A DNA stretch of 64,000 bases, taken from Cyanobacteriota bacterium (lineage in GTDB: Bacteria; Cyanobacteriota; Cyanobacteriia; PCC-6307; Cyanobiaceae). Where the stretch lies: the NCBI GenBank assembly GCA_046052125.1, contig JBJOMY010000003.1, positions 290,563-354,562 on the forward strand, written 5' to 3'. This document shows positions 23,175 to 35,173 of this stretch, in pieces (the first letter of the stretch is position 1; every line of letters starts with the position of its first letter). Below the pieces are notes generated by a model, which saw nothing but the letters and a program-made list of their open reading frames with translations, made no database searches and had not been told where the DNA came from. A program made the translations under genes and the position numbers.

Positions 23175-23462
23175 ATGGCTGCCAGTCCCCTCACCCCCGA
23201 TCAGATCCAGGCCCTGCCCCAACAGCTACCGGCTTGGAGCCTTGTGAACGGAAAGCTGCGCCGTGAGCTTCGCTTCGCCGACTTTGTGGAGGCGTTCGGG
23301 TTCATGAGCCGCGTGGCCCTGGTGGCGGAGGCCATGGGCCACCACCCGGAGTGGAGCAACGTCTGGAATCGGGTGGTGATCGAGCTCACCACCCACGACA
23401 CCGGTGGGCTCTCCAACCTCGACGTGCAGCTTGCTCAACGCATCGACGACCTGGTCAGCTGA
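23175..23462 (+). CDS. phhB: Pterin-4a-carbinolamine dehydratase
   Basis: [18 protein letters not shown] and LTTHDTGG motifs. Confidence 0.9.
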   Translation: MAASPLTPDQIQALPQQLPAWSLVNGKLRRELRFADFVEAFGFMSRVALVAEAMGHHPEWSNVWNRVVIELTTHDTGGLSNLDVQLAQRIDDLVS

Positions 23463-23483
23463 GCCCAGCTGCACGCCTCAGGC

Positions 23484-26114
<2,631 letters not shown>

Positions 26115-26249
26115 AACAACCTCCCTTTTGGGGTGGGATGCAGGAACCGTATGGCCGTTCCCAGGCCTTGGAGGAGAGGAGAACCGAAATCTCCGTTTCG
26201 GTCCTCCCCCCAGTGGTGGTGCAGCCCGGCCTGACGCGTCGGTTAACCG

Positions 26250-26612
26250 TCAGCGCGGTGCGCCGTTGTAGCCGACGTTGGTGATGCTGCGTCCATCCGG
26301 GGACACGGTCAGCTCGGTTTCGGTGGTCGGTGCCAGGCCCTCCTGCTGCCAGCCGGGGGCGCCGCCCAGGAAGCGGAACGTGTAGCCCTGGTTGTTGGTT
26401 TGGATCAGGCAGGAGCCGCCACCGTCGCCGGTGTTGAACATGCAAGCCGCCGGCACGTAGGTCGACAGGCCGCCGTTGGTGTTCACAGCCCAGTTGCGGG
26501 CCAGGTTCACGGCACGCACGTTGGAATCACTCACTTGGGCCAGGGCTGCACCGGCCGACACCACGGCTGCGGCAGCGGCGATCAAGGAGAGACGCAAAGA
26601 GTTCTTCGCCAT
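26250..26612 (-). CDS. Exported hypothetical protein with a Cys pair
   Basis: Sec signal peptide ending ALA|Q; AVNLAR, FRFLGGAPGW; two Cys. Confidence 0.8.
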   Translation of the reverse strand: MAKNSLRLSLIAAAAAVVSAGAALAQVSDSNVRAVNLARNWAVNTNGGLSTYVPAACMFNTGDGGGSCLIQTNNQGYTFRFLGGAPGWQQEGLAPTTETELTVSPDGRSITNVGYNGAPR

Positions 26613-26722
26613 CGGGAGAGGGATGTCGCCTGTTCAGTGTGGCGATCTACAGCAGGTTGCGCTGCAGCGCTGACGCAGCACTTCACTCCTGCTACCACTG
26701 CCGCATCGCTCTTCATCTGCCC

Positions 26723-27742
26723 GTGATCGCGTCCTCCTCCGTTCGGCGGCATCTGCTGCGCTGGCTGGCTCCCGCTTTGCTCGTGGCCAGCCTGCAGCCT
26801 TCAGCCCTGCTGGCCCGTGGCGGTGGCGGTGGCCATGGCGGCGGCGGTGGCGGCGGAGAGCATTTCGGTGGTGGCGGAGGAGGCGGTGGCGGTGAGCGCT
26901 TCCGCGACGGCGGTGGTGGTGGCTATCGCGGCGGCGGCGGAGGTGGCTATCGCGGTGGCGGCGGCGGCTATCACCATGTGTACGGCGGCGGCGCCCGCAC
27001 GCCGGCACTGGGGCGCAACATCAGCCGCGACGACTACAACCGCGCCACCAATGGCGGTCGCGATCGCTTTGATGCCAACCGCCTGGGCTGGGGCAATCGC
27101 AACTGGAACGACGGCGATTGGCGCGGGAACAATTGGCGCGGCAACAATTGGCGCGGGAACAACTGGGGCTACAACAACTGGGGGAACCGCTGGAATGGCG
27201 GTTGGAACAACAACTGGGCCAACGGTGGCTACTGGGGCGATCGCTCCTGGAGCTACGGCTGGTACAACTGGTCGCCCAACACCTGGGGTTGGTGGGGTGA
27301 GAACTCCGGCGGCTGGGGCCTGGCGGGTCTGGCCACCGGAGCAGTGATCACCGATCTGGTGGATCAAGCCAGTGATCAACAGTCCTCGGTGATTGAGGTG
27401 CCGGATAGCAACTACCAGCTCAACTACGGCACGGTGGATGCCGTGGGTAATAGCGGCGCCAACTTCAGCTATTCCGTGGCCAACAGCCCGCCGGTGCAGG
27501 GGGGCGTGGATTGCCAAGACGGCCTGCTGGATGGTCAGGTGCCCTCCACCGCGGCCCAGGCTCAGCTCCTCAATGCCGCCTGTCAGGTGGCCTATGGCCC
27601 AGATCCCAAGGGTCAATCCCTGCCGCGGTTGTGGTCCCCATCGCCGGCGGTGCGCGAGTGGCTGATTTTGTTGCTCGGGGCCGGGATCGGATTCGGTGGT
27701 TATGCGCTGGCTAAACGCGGCCAATCCAGCCGTTCTGTATGA
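26723..27742 (+). CDS. Exported Gly-rich, Asn/Trp-rich protein with a Cys-paired C-terminal domain and C-terminal membrane anchor (paralogue A)
   Basis: Signal SVRRHLL...ALLA|RGG, poly-Gly/GGYR tract, WRGNN repeats, DC..GLLDG..AQLLNAACQVAYG domain, TM plus KR tail; GTG start inferred. Confidence 0.82.
   Translation: MIASSSVRRHLLRWLAPALLVASLQPSALLARGGGGGHGGGGGGGEHFGGGGGGGGGERFRDGGGGGYRGGGGGGYRGGGGGYHHVYGGGARTPALGRNISRDDYNRATNGGRDRFDANRLGWGNRNWNDGDWRGNNWRGNNWRGNNWGYNNWGNRWNGGWNNNWANGGYWGDRSWSYGWYNWSPNTWGWWGENSGGWGLAGLATGAVITDLVDQASDQQSSVIEVPDSNYQLNYGTVDAVGNSGANFSYSVANSPPVQGGVDCQDGLLDGQVPSTAAQAQLLNAACQVAYGPDPKGQSLPRLWSPSPAVREWLILLLGAGIGFGGYALAKRGQSSRSV
27119..27178 (+). repeat. 15-nt coding tandem repeat (WRGNN x3 plus degenerate WGYNN)
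   Basis: TGGCGCGGGAACAAT TGGCGCGGCAACAAT TGGCGCGGGAACAAC TGGGGCTACAACAAC. Confidence 0.9.
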
Positions 27743-27828
27743 CAGAGCGCTTCAATCACGCTGCGCGAAGCCCGTATGGCTACTCAGCCTGGGGATGACC
27801 ACTCGCCTGGATTCCCCAGTTGCGTGCG

Positions 27829-28548
27829 ATGCCTTCATTGAAACGGATTTCTCTCGCTGCCTGTTCGGCGTTGCTGCTCTCCTCTGCCCTGCTGCCTCTC
27901 GCCGCTGATGCCCGAGGCGGTGGCGGTGGTGGTGGTGGCGGACACGGCGGTGGTGGCGGTCGAGGCTGGGGTGGTGCCGGTGGAGCAGGGCGCAACTGGG
28001 GCGGAGGCGACTATCACTTCCAGAACAACGATTGGCAGCGCGGCTACCAAGGCAATCACCCGATGTATGGAGCTGGTGCTAGAGACAGCTTCAATAACGA
28101 TCGGGTCAACGTCAACAACAACTTCTACCGCCGCGATTACAACGGCTGGAACAACAACTGGCGCAATGGCGGTTACTGGAATAACCGCCCCTGGAATGCC
28201 GGTTGGTATGGCGGCTGGGGCGGTTGGGGCTGGTGGGGCTCCAATGCAGCTGCCTGGGGAATCGCCGGTCTGGCTGCTGGATCGGCCATCACGGGTTTGG
28301 TGGATGCGGCAGCCAACAACAGCTCACCTGTGATCGTGGTGCCAAATACCAGTTATGAGCTCAACTATGGCTCGGTGGAGAGCGTGGGTACGTATGGCGT
28401 GAGCTTCAACTACAACGTGGATGGCAGTGCCCTGATGGGCGCGGCTGATTGTCAGCAAGGCCTGCTCAACGGTCAGATCCCCGGCACGCAAGATCAGGCC
28501 CAGTTGCTGAACGCCGTGTGTCAGGTGGCCTACGGCTCAGGCAGCTGA
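27829..28548 (+). CDS. Exported Gly-rich, Asn/Trp-rich protein with a Cys-paired C-terminal domain (paralogue B, no anchor)
   Basis: Sec signal ending ADA|RGG, poly-Gly, GWNNNWRNGGYW, DCQQGLLNG..AQLLNAVCQVAYG; colinear with 26723-27742. Confidence 0.85.
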   Translation: MPSLKRISLAACSALLLSSALLPLAADARGGGGGGGGGHGGGGGRGWGGAGGAGRNWGGGDYHFQNNDWQRGYQGNHPMYGAGARDSFNNDRVNVNNNFYRRDYNGWNNNWRNGGYWNNRPWNAGWYGGWGGWGWWGSNAAAWGIAGLAAGSAITGLVDAAANNSSPVIVVPNTSYELNYGSVESVGTYGVSFNYNVDGSALMGAADCQQGLLNGQIPGTQDQAQLLNAVCQVAYGSGS

Positions 28549-28919
28549 ACACGCTTGCCCGATAGGTCCACCCCAGCAGGAAGGGGGACCGTGCCCTGGT
28601 TCTGCCCGCAGAGACGCTGCGGGCAGCCATCCGCTCCATAGATGGCGTCGTTCGGGGAGAGACAGCCCAATTTGTTCTTAGCGGTGACTTCCGTTGTGGG
28701 TAGCCGCATCGGCTGGATCTCGCCAGCGTTCAGGTTCACGATGGCGGGGCAGCTGCTCGGCGACAGGAAGGGCTGGCCGCTTTTGAACACAGCGGGTGTT
28801 CCGCCGCCGCGAATGAGCTTCAAGGGGGGATCATTGCTCGCGCTCTGGGCCAGGGCGCTGCTGCTGAGCAGGATCAGGGGCACGACCAGGCGTCCCAGGG
28901 GCGCTGCGGCGATGGGCAT
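28530..28919 (-). CDS. Exported hypothetical protein with four Cys
   Basis: Signal peptide ending ALA|Q; SCP, GCLSP and GCPQRLC; start trimmed to the ATG at 28919. Confidence 0.7.
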   Translation of the reverse strand: MPIAAAPLGRLVVPLILLSSSALAQSASNDPPLKLIRGGGTPAVFKSGQPFLSPSSCPAIVNLNAGEIQPMRLPTTEVTAKNKLGCLSPNDAIYGADGCPQRLCGQNQGTVPLPAGVDLSGKRVQLPEP

Positions 28920-28951
28920 GATGGCGCTGCAGTGGCGCACCAGTGTGGCGA

Positions 28952-29167
28952 ATGGTTGAGGAGTCAAGGTCAGAGCTGGTGAAACGACTGGCGCAGGAGT
29001 CCTTTGGGTTTGACGGCACCGCCACGGATCCCGAGCGCAATTGCTGGCTGGTGGTGCATCGCCATGTCCACGGAGTGTTGCCGAGTGAGTACGACATCCG
29101 CGAGATTGACGAGGATCTTTACCTCGCCGTGCTTGAGCAGCGCAAGCTGACAACGGCCTCGGATTGA
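28952..29167 (+). CDS. Small conserved hypothetical protein
   Basis: Protein-like CWLVVHRHVHGVLPSEYDIREIDEDLYL; ATG at 28952. Confidence 0.7.
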   Translation: MVEESRSELVKRLAQESFGFDGTATDPERNCWLVVHRHVHGVLPSEYDIREIDEDLYLAVLEQRKLTTASD

Positions 29168-29340
29168 GCGGGCTTCGGCTTGGCTCCAGGTAGCGGTGCA
29201 ATGGCAGGAAGCCGGGCTTCCTGCAGGAAACGCACAACGGCGGCAATGCGATCGTTTTGGCTGCTACCCATCGCCCGCTGAGGTGTGTCTGTTCATCACC
29301 ATCGCTCTGGCGAGGTCAGAACGCAACGAGCTCAAGACAC

Positions 29341-29369
29341 AAAAAAGCCGCCCTGCATCGAGGGCGGCT
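29341..29369 (-). terminator. Intrinsic terminator after petJ
   Basis: Minus strand AGCCGCCCT-CGATGC-AGGGCGGCT followed by a T-run. Confidence 0.8.
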
Positions 29370-29395
29370 GAGTCAAGTGAAGCGAGCGAGCTGGA

Positions 29396-29737
29396 TCAGG
29401 CCCAGCCTTTCTGGCTCATGGACTCCACGTAGGCAGCCACGTCGGCGATGTCATCGGCGCTCAGCTTGCCGCCGAAGGCGGGCATGGCATTTTTGCCGTT
29501 GGTCACCTGGTACTGGATGGCCTCTTCATGGCCAGCGCTGTAGTTGGCGAGGTAGGACTCGAGGGCATCCTTTTTGAGGGTGCGCTCGGCGTTCACCACG
29601 TTGCCGCCACCCATGTGGCAAGCGGCGCAGTTAGCGGAGAACACCTGAGCACCGTGGTCGGCGTCAGCAGCAAAGCTGGGGGCAGCACCCAGCACCAGCG
29701 CCAGGCAGAGGGCAATGACAGAGAGAAGACGGCGCAT
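29396..29737 (-). CDS. petJ: Cytochrome c6
   Basis: Signal peptide, CAACH haem motif, GKNAMPAF axial Met. Confidence 0.96.
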   Translation of the reverse strand: MRRLLSVIALCLALVLGAAPSFAADADHGAQVFSANCAACHMGGGNVVNAERTLKKDALESYLANYSAGHEEAIQYQVTNGKNAMPAFGGKLSADDIADVAAYVESMSQKGWA

Positions 29738-29861
29738 CGGGGCTCGTGCAACCCGAATAAATTAGGTGGCTGCTGCTCCCTGCGAGTGCGTTGATGCAGA
29801 GGTTGGCAACAATTGAAACCTGCGGGGCCGTCTTAACCCTGCGCCGTGATCAAAGGAGCGG

Positions 29862-30860
29862 CTAGCCCCGATGGGGCAGACCGGCGTCTTCAAACACAGC
29901 CTCAAGGCTGGGGGCATGGCTCACCATGCCGAAGCGCTCCGGTGGGCTAATCGGCTGATGCACGAAATGCCGTTGTCGGATTGAAAAACGATCCCAGGCG
30001 TTCACCTCGATGCGCAGCAGTTTGATCAGGCCCTCGATCAACCAGCCCTGCAGATCGATCCCGATCGGCGGGATCCAGCTGCGGCGCCAGCGGCACAGCC
30101 GAGCCACGGTTTCGTTCACGGTGACACTTGGCTGCCCCAGCACCAACCGCCGCACTGCACCTTGGCCAGGCTCTGGGTTGGGCTGATGGGGATGGGTGGC
30201 CAGGTGCACACACACCCGGGCGATGTCTGCGGCGTGAATGAAGTGGAAGGAGGCATCGGCCCGCAGCCATTTCGCCAGCCAGAGCCAGCGGGCGCCTTCG
30301 CGCAAGCCCGCTGTGAGATAGCTGGTGGGGAAGGGCCCACCACCATCTACCTGTCCGCCGAACACCAGGGTGGGGAACACCGCCACGATCCGCTGGGCGA
30401 GCGGATGTTGCTCCAACTGCTGCAGGCAGAGGGCTTTGGTTTGGATGTATTCGGTGCCGCAGCTCATCGCTTCGGGCAGCAGCTCGAGATTGCGATTGAG
30501 GATGCTGGCGGTGGAGAAGTACACCACCTGCTCCAGCACGGCTGGATTCGTCGCAGCGAGCATCTGCTTCACCGCCACCACATTCACCTGCTGGGCGCGC
30601 TCGGGATCTCCCCAGGCGGTGGCGGTGTGAATGATGCGCGTGGCTGAGGCGATCGCGGCGCGGTGGGGCTCGGGATCCCGCAGATCACCCACCAGCAGCG
30701 TGATGCGCGGGTGATCGGCCGGAACGGCGGTGAGCTTGGCCGGATCCCGCAGCCAGAGCAGCAGCTCCGCGTCGGTTTCGCGGAGGAGCTGCTCAGCAAT
30801 GTGCTGACCGACGCAACCGGAGGCGCCGGTGATCAGGATCCGGGCGTTCGCCGTGCTCAA
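29862..30860 (-). CDS. NAD(P)-dependent epimerase/dehydratase (extended SDR)
   Basis: ITGASGCVG Rossmann motif, YIQTK catalytic motif. Confidence 0.85.
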   Translation of the reverse strand: MSTANARILITGASGCVGQHIAEQLLRETDAELLLWLRDPAKLTAVPADHPRITLLVGDLRDPEPHRAAIASATRIIHTATAWGDPERAQQVNVVAVKQMLAATNPAVLEQVVYFSTASILNRNLELLPEAMSCGTEYIQTKALCLQQLEQHPLAQRIVAVFPTLVFGGQVDGGGPFPTSYLTAGLREGARWLWLAKWLRADASFHFIHAADIARVCVHLATHPHQPNPEPGQGAVRRLVLGQPSVTVNETVARLCRWRRSWIPPIGIDLQGWLIEGLIKLLRIEVNAWDRFSIRQRHFVHQPISPPERFGMVSHAPSLEAVFEDAGLPHRG

Positions 30861-31915
30861 GCGGCGGCTCCGATGCGCTCCATCACGCTCTTGCCGGCTT
30901 CAAAGAAGAACTGGCCGTTCTCCTCCGGGGTTCCGGGCAGGATGCCGTGGCCCAGGTTGAGGATGTGCTTGCGGCCGCGGGCCTTGCGCACGGTGTCGTC
31001 GATGCGCTCCTGGATCGCTTTCTGAGTGCCGAACAGCAGGCCGGGATCCACGTTGCCTTGCACTCCCACATGCTCAGGCAGGCGGGCCAGGCCTTCCGCC
31101 ATGTCCACGGTCCAATCCAGCGACACGATGTCGACGCCGGTGCGGGCCATGCGCTCGATCACGCCGGCGCTGCCGGAGATGTAGAGGATGAAGGGGGTAT
31201 CGGGGTGGGTTTGCTTCACCAGGTCCACCACCTTCTTTTGGTAGGGCGCAGCGAAGGTGTCGTAGTCGGCGGGGCTGAGCTGACCGGCCCAGGAATCGAA
31301 CATCTGCACCACCTGGGCACCGGAATCGATCTGATAGCGCAGGTAGGCGGCAATCGATTCGGCGAAGTGATCGAGCAGCTTGTGCAGCAGCTCAGGTTCG
31401 CGGAAGGCCATCGCCTTGATCACCGCGTAGTTCTTGCTGCTCTTGCCCTCCACCACATAGGCGGCGAGGGTCCAGGGAGCACCCACGAAACCAAGCACGG
31501 CGGCCTGGTTGCCCACGGCGCTGCGCAGGCGAGTGAGCACCTCACCCACAAACGGCATGCTCTCGGCGGGATTGAGCGGACGCAGCGCCTCCACCTGGGA
31601 GAGGGAGCGGATCGGGTCGTGGATCAGCGGGCCCTTGCTCTCGATGATGTCGAAATTGATGCCCATGCCCGGCAGGGGCGTGAGGATGTCGGAGAACAGG
31701 ATCACGCCGTCGGGCTTGAAGGCCTCGAACGGCTGCATCGAGATCTCAAACGACAGATCGGGAATCTCGGAGCGTTCCCGGAAGCCGGGGTGGCGGTCGC
31801 GCAGGTCGCGATACACCTTCATGTACCGGCCGGCCTGGCGCATCATCCAGACCGGAGGCCGCTCCACCTGCTCACCTCGGGCGGCGCGCAGCAGCAGGGG
31901 GGCGGTTTCGGTCAT
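30857..31915 (-). CDS. hemE: Uroporphyrinogen decarboxylase
   Basis: [25 protein letters not shown] and NLGHG motifs. Confidence 0.98.
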   Translation of the reverse strand: MTETAPLLLRAARGEQVERPPVWMMRQAGRYMKVYRDLRDRHPGFRERSEIPDLSFEISMQPFEAFKPDGVILFSDILTPLPGMGINFDIIESKGPLIHDPIRSLSQVEALRPLNPAESMPFVGEVLTRLRSAVGNQAAVLGFVGAPWTLAAYVVEGKSSKNYAVIKAMAFREPELLHKLLDHFAESIAAYLRYQIDSGAQVVQMFDSWAGQLSPADYDTFAAPYQKKVVDLVKQTHPDTPFILYISGSAGVIERMARTGVDIVSLDWTVDMAEGLARLPEHVGVQGNVDPGLLFGTQKAIQERIDDTVRKARGRKHILNLGHGILPGTPEENGQFFFEAGKSVMERIGAAA

Positions 31916-32004
31916 GGGCGATCAATACGCGAAGCGCGAACCTACCCGAAGCCACCCCCTTTGAACGCCGTTCGGGCCCGGCGTTCTGGCGCTTCGTCAC
32001 AGAG

Positions 32005-34311
32005 CTAGAGCGCCTCGGCTGCCTCCAGCTCCTGGCTGCGCTTCTCATCGCGCTGGAACACCAGCACCGAGAGGGGCGGCAGGCAGAGATCGAGGGAGTT
32101 CTCGTAGCCGTGAATGCCCCACTGATCGGTGAATTTGCCGCCCAGGTTGCCCAGGTTGCTGCCGCCGTAGCGCTCGGCATCGGTGTTGAACACCTCGCTG
32201 TAGAAGCCGCTCATCGGAACACCGATGCGGTAGTGCGAGTGGCTCTGGGGCGTGAAGTTGGCCACCACCACGAGCCAGCGGCCGGTGGTGCTCTCGCGGC
32301 GCATGAAGCTGATCACCGAGTGGCGATTGTCATCGCAGTCGATCCACTGGAAGCCGAAGTCGCTGAAGTCATCACCCCAGAGCGCTCGCTCGGATTTGTA
32401 GAAGCTGTTGAGGTCGTCCACCAAGCGCTGCAGCCCCTGGTGCGGTTCGTGCTGGAGCAGCTCCCATTCGAGGTCGCCCCACACGTTCCATTCGCCCCGT
32501 TGGCCAAATTCCATCCCCATGAAGATGGTTTTCTTGCCGGGGTGGGTCCACATGTAGGCGAGGAGAGCCCGCACATTCGCAAATTTTTGCCAGTCGTCGC
32601 CCGGCATCTTGTGCAGCAGGTTGCTCTTGCCGTGCACCACTTCATCGTGGCTGAGGGCGAGCATGAAGTTCTCGGTGTAGGCGTACCAGATCGAGAACGT
32701 CACATTGTTCTGGTGGAACTGGCGGAACCACGGATCCAGCTCGAAGTAATCGAGCATGTCGTGCATCCAGCCCATGTTCCATTTGAGGTTGAACCCCAGG
32801 CCGCCCATGTCGGTGGGCTTGGTCACCATCGGCCAGGTGGTGGATTCCTCAGCGATGGAGAGCGCACCGGGGAAGTGCTGGAACAGCACGTGGTTGGCCT
32901 GCTGCAGGAAGTGCACGGCCTCGGTGTTCTCACGGCCGCCGTGCTCGTTCGGGATCCACTCGCCATCCGGGCGGAGGTAATCGCGGTAGAGCATCGAGGC
33001 CACCGCATCGACGCGGATGCCATCGATGTGGAATTGCTCGAACCAATACACCAGGTTCGCCACCAGGAAGTTGCGGACCTCGTTGCGGCTGTAGTTGAAG
33101 ATCAGCGTGCCCCACTCCTTGTGCTCGCCGATGCGCGGATCGGCGTGCTCGTAGAGGTGGGCGCCATCGAAGAAGGCCAGGCCATGGGCATCCTTCGGGA
33201 AGTGGCCCGGCACCCAGTCGAGGATCACGCCAATGCCCTCGGCGTGGCAGCGATCCACGAAGGCCCGGAACTCATCCGGAGTGCCGAAGCGGCTGGTGGG
33301 CGCGTACCAACCCGTCACCTGGTAGCCCCAGGAGCCATCAAAGGGATGCTCCGAGATGGGCATCAGCTCGATGTGCGTGAAGCCGCGGGCTTTCACGTAG
33401 GGGATCACCCGATCGGCGAGCTCGGGGTAGGTGAGCAGGCGGGCGCCTGGCTTGAGGTCGGCCGCCGGCACGGGCGGACGCGCTGTGCCATCGGGCTCGA
33501 GGTAGGGCTGATCAGCGCTGGCGTGCATCCAGCTGCCCAGGTGCATCTCGTACACCGCGATCGGCTGATCGAGGGGATTGCTGTTGTCGCGCTCCTGCAT
33601 CCAGGCGCTGTCGCCCCACTGGAAGTTGCCCAGGGCTTCAACGATCGATCCGTTGTTGGGACGCACCTCGTGGCGGAAGCCGTAGGGATCGGCCTTCTGG
33701 TAGCAGTGCCCGGCCTGGGTGCGGATTTCGTATTTGTAGATCTCGCCGGCCTTGAGGCCCGGGATGAACAGCTCCCAGCAACCGCCGAGCCGTGCCTGCA
33801 TCGGATGGTGGCGGCCATCCCAGCTGTTGAAGTTCCCCAGCACGGACACGCTGCGGGCATTGGGGGCCCACAGGCAGAACATCACGCCGGTGACCCCATT
33901 GCGGCTGGTCACATGGGCGCCCATGCGCTGCCAGATGTGGTGGTGGTTCCCCTCGGCGAAGAGGTGGCGATCCATCTCGCCCATCCACTCATCGCGGAAG
34001 GCCCAGGGGTCGTGGGCTACGTGCTCGATGCCGCCGCGCAGCACATGCACCTGATAGCCGGTGCCCGGGTCGTGGGACAGTTCGGCCTCAAAGATCCAGG
34101 GGTGATGGGGGGTGGCCATCGGCGTGGCCGTGCCCCCGGTCATCAGCTCAACCCGCTCGGCCTCGGGCAGCCATACCCGCACCACCCAGCTGCCGTTCTC
34201 GAGGGGTTGGGGCCCCAGCACCGCAAAGGGGTGATCGTGCCGGCACTCGGCCAAGCGCTGGGCATCGTCCACCATCCAGTCGAGCTGAGCCAGCACAGGC
34301 TTGATTACCAA
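32005..34311 (-). CDS. glgB: 1,4-alpha-glucan branching enzyme
   Basis: [29 protein letters not shown] and SHDEVVH GH13 motifs. Confidence 0.98.
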   Translation of the reverse strand: MVIKPVLAQLDWMVDDAQRLAECRHDHPFAVLGPQPLENGSWVVRVWLPEAERVELMTGGTATPMATPHHPWIFEAELSHDPGTGYQVHVLRGGIEHVAHDPWAFRDEWMGEMDRHLFAEGNHHHIWQRMGAHVTSRNGVTGVMFCLWAPNARSVSVLGNFNSWDGRHHPMQARLGGCWELFIPGLKAGEIYKYEIRTQAGHCYQKADPYGFRHEVRPNNGSIVEALGNFQWGDSAWMQERDNSNPLDQPIAVYEMHLGSWMHASADQPYLEPDGTARPPVPAADLKPGARLLTYPELADRVIPYVKARGFTHIELMPISEHPFDGSWGYQVTGWYAPTSRFGTPDEFRAFVDRCHAEGIGVILDWVPGHFPKDAHGLAFFDGAHLYEHADPRIGEHKEWGTLIFNYSRNEVRNFLVANLVYWFEQFHIDGIRVDAVASMLYRDYLRPDGEWIPNEHGGRENTEAVHFLQQANHVLFQHFPGALSIAEESTTWPMVTKPTDMGGLGFNLKWNMGWMHDMLDYFELDPWFRQFHQNNVTFSIWYAYTENFMLALSHDEVVHGKSNLLHKMPGDDWQKFANVRALLAYMWTHPGKKTIFMGMEFGQRGEWNVWGDLEWELLQHEPHQGLQRLVDDLNSFYKSERALWGDDFSDFGFQWIDCDDNRHSVISFMRRESTTGRWLVVVANFTPQSHSHYRIGVPMSGFYSEVFNTDAERYGGSNLGNLGGKFTDQWGIHGYENSLDLCLPPLSVLVFQRDEKRSQELEAAEAL

Positions 34312-34399
34312 AGCGTGGCTGGGAGCTTAAGGCCGTTTTTCTCGGGCGCTGCTCCTCCTCCCAGCTCCGCTCTGATCCGCTGACGCTGCGGGTGAGGGT

Positions 34400-35155
34400 T
34401 CAGCGCGGACCGGCGGGATACTCGGGGAAATCCACCCCGGTGATCTGGTTCTCGCCGTTGAGAATCACAAAGAGGTTGTCGCTCAAGCGGTTGAACCGCA
34501 CGTTCACCAGCACCAGGCGGGTATCGGGGGTGCTTTCCGCTTCAACAACCCGTCCCACCTGCACGAAGTTGCCCGTTTCCCGCTGCAGCTCAAACCACTT
34601 GGCCTGCAGCACCGCCGGGGTGAGCTCTTTTTGCACCTCAGGGCTCAGAAAGCTCTGGGCTGTGATGAAGTTGCCGGTGCTCACCGCCTGAACGAACTGC
34701 TGCGCCACCTTGCTGGTGTTGTCATCGGCGCGGTCGAAGTAATACCGCGCAATCTGGCCGGCTCCGTTCAGCACCATGAACACCACACGCTTGCCGGCGG
34801 CGGTGGTGATCTCCGCTTCCACGGTGCTGCCAGCCTTGCCACTGCGCACGCTGAGCAGTTCGTAGCTCAGCACCCTGGGCTGGCTGCGCATCGTGGCAGC
34901 AATCATCGACGGACTGGTGACCGCCTGCATCTCGGGGCTGAACTGCTCGAAACGCGCCTTGGCGTCCTTGTTTTTCACGGCGTTGAGGATGCGCACCGCG
35001 GCGGCGCGCGCCTGCTCCACGCTGAGGGCCGTTGCACTGCTCGCTGTGGAGGGGCTGCCGCTCTGGGCGAACGCCGAAGGAGCGCTGGAGATGGTGCCCA
35101 GCAACGATGCGGCGACCAGGGCGGAGAGGGCAGGGCGCAGCAGGCGCAACATCAC
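34400..35155 (-). CDS. Exported protein with two DUF3887-like domains
   Basis: Signal peptide AFA|Q; two similar halves (FSPEMQAVTSP and LSPEVQKELTP). Confidence 0.7.
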   Translation of the reverse strand: MMLRLLRPALSALVAASLLGTISSAPSAFAQSGSPSTASSATALSVEQARAAAVRILNAVKNKDAKARFEQFSPEMQAVTSPSMIAATMRSQPRVLSYELLSVRSGKAGSTVEAEITTAAGKRVVFMVLNGAGQIARYYFDRADDNTSKVAQQFVQAVSTGNFITAQSFLSPEVQKELTPAVLQAKWFELQRETGNFVQVGRVVEAESTPDTRLVLVNVRFNRLSDNLFVILNGENQITGVDFPEYPAGPR

Positions 35156-35173
35156 AGCCGAAAGAAGTGGGCT

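Noticed and set aside
26815..27200. Repeats as a possible CRISPR array
   Set aside because: Repeats are contiguous, in frame and spacer-free; no cas genes in the window
32110..34383. 757-aa plus-strand ORF antisense to glgB
   Set aside because: Shadow frame produced by GC-rich codon bias; no recognisable motifs; fully opposite a well-supported gene
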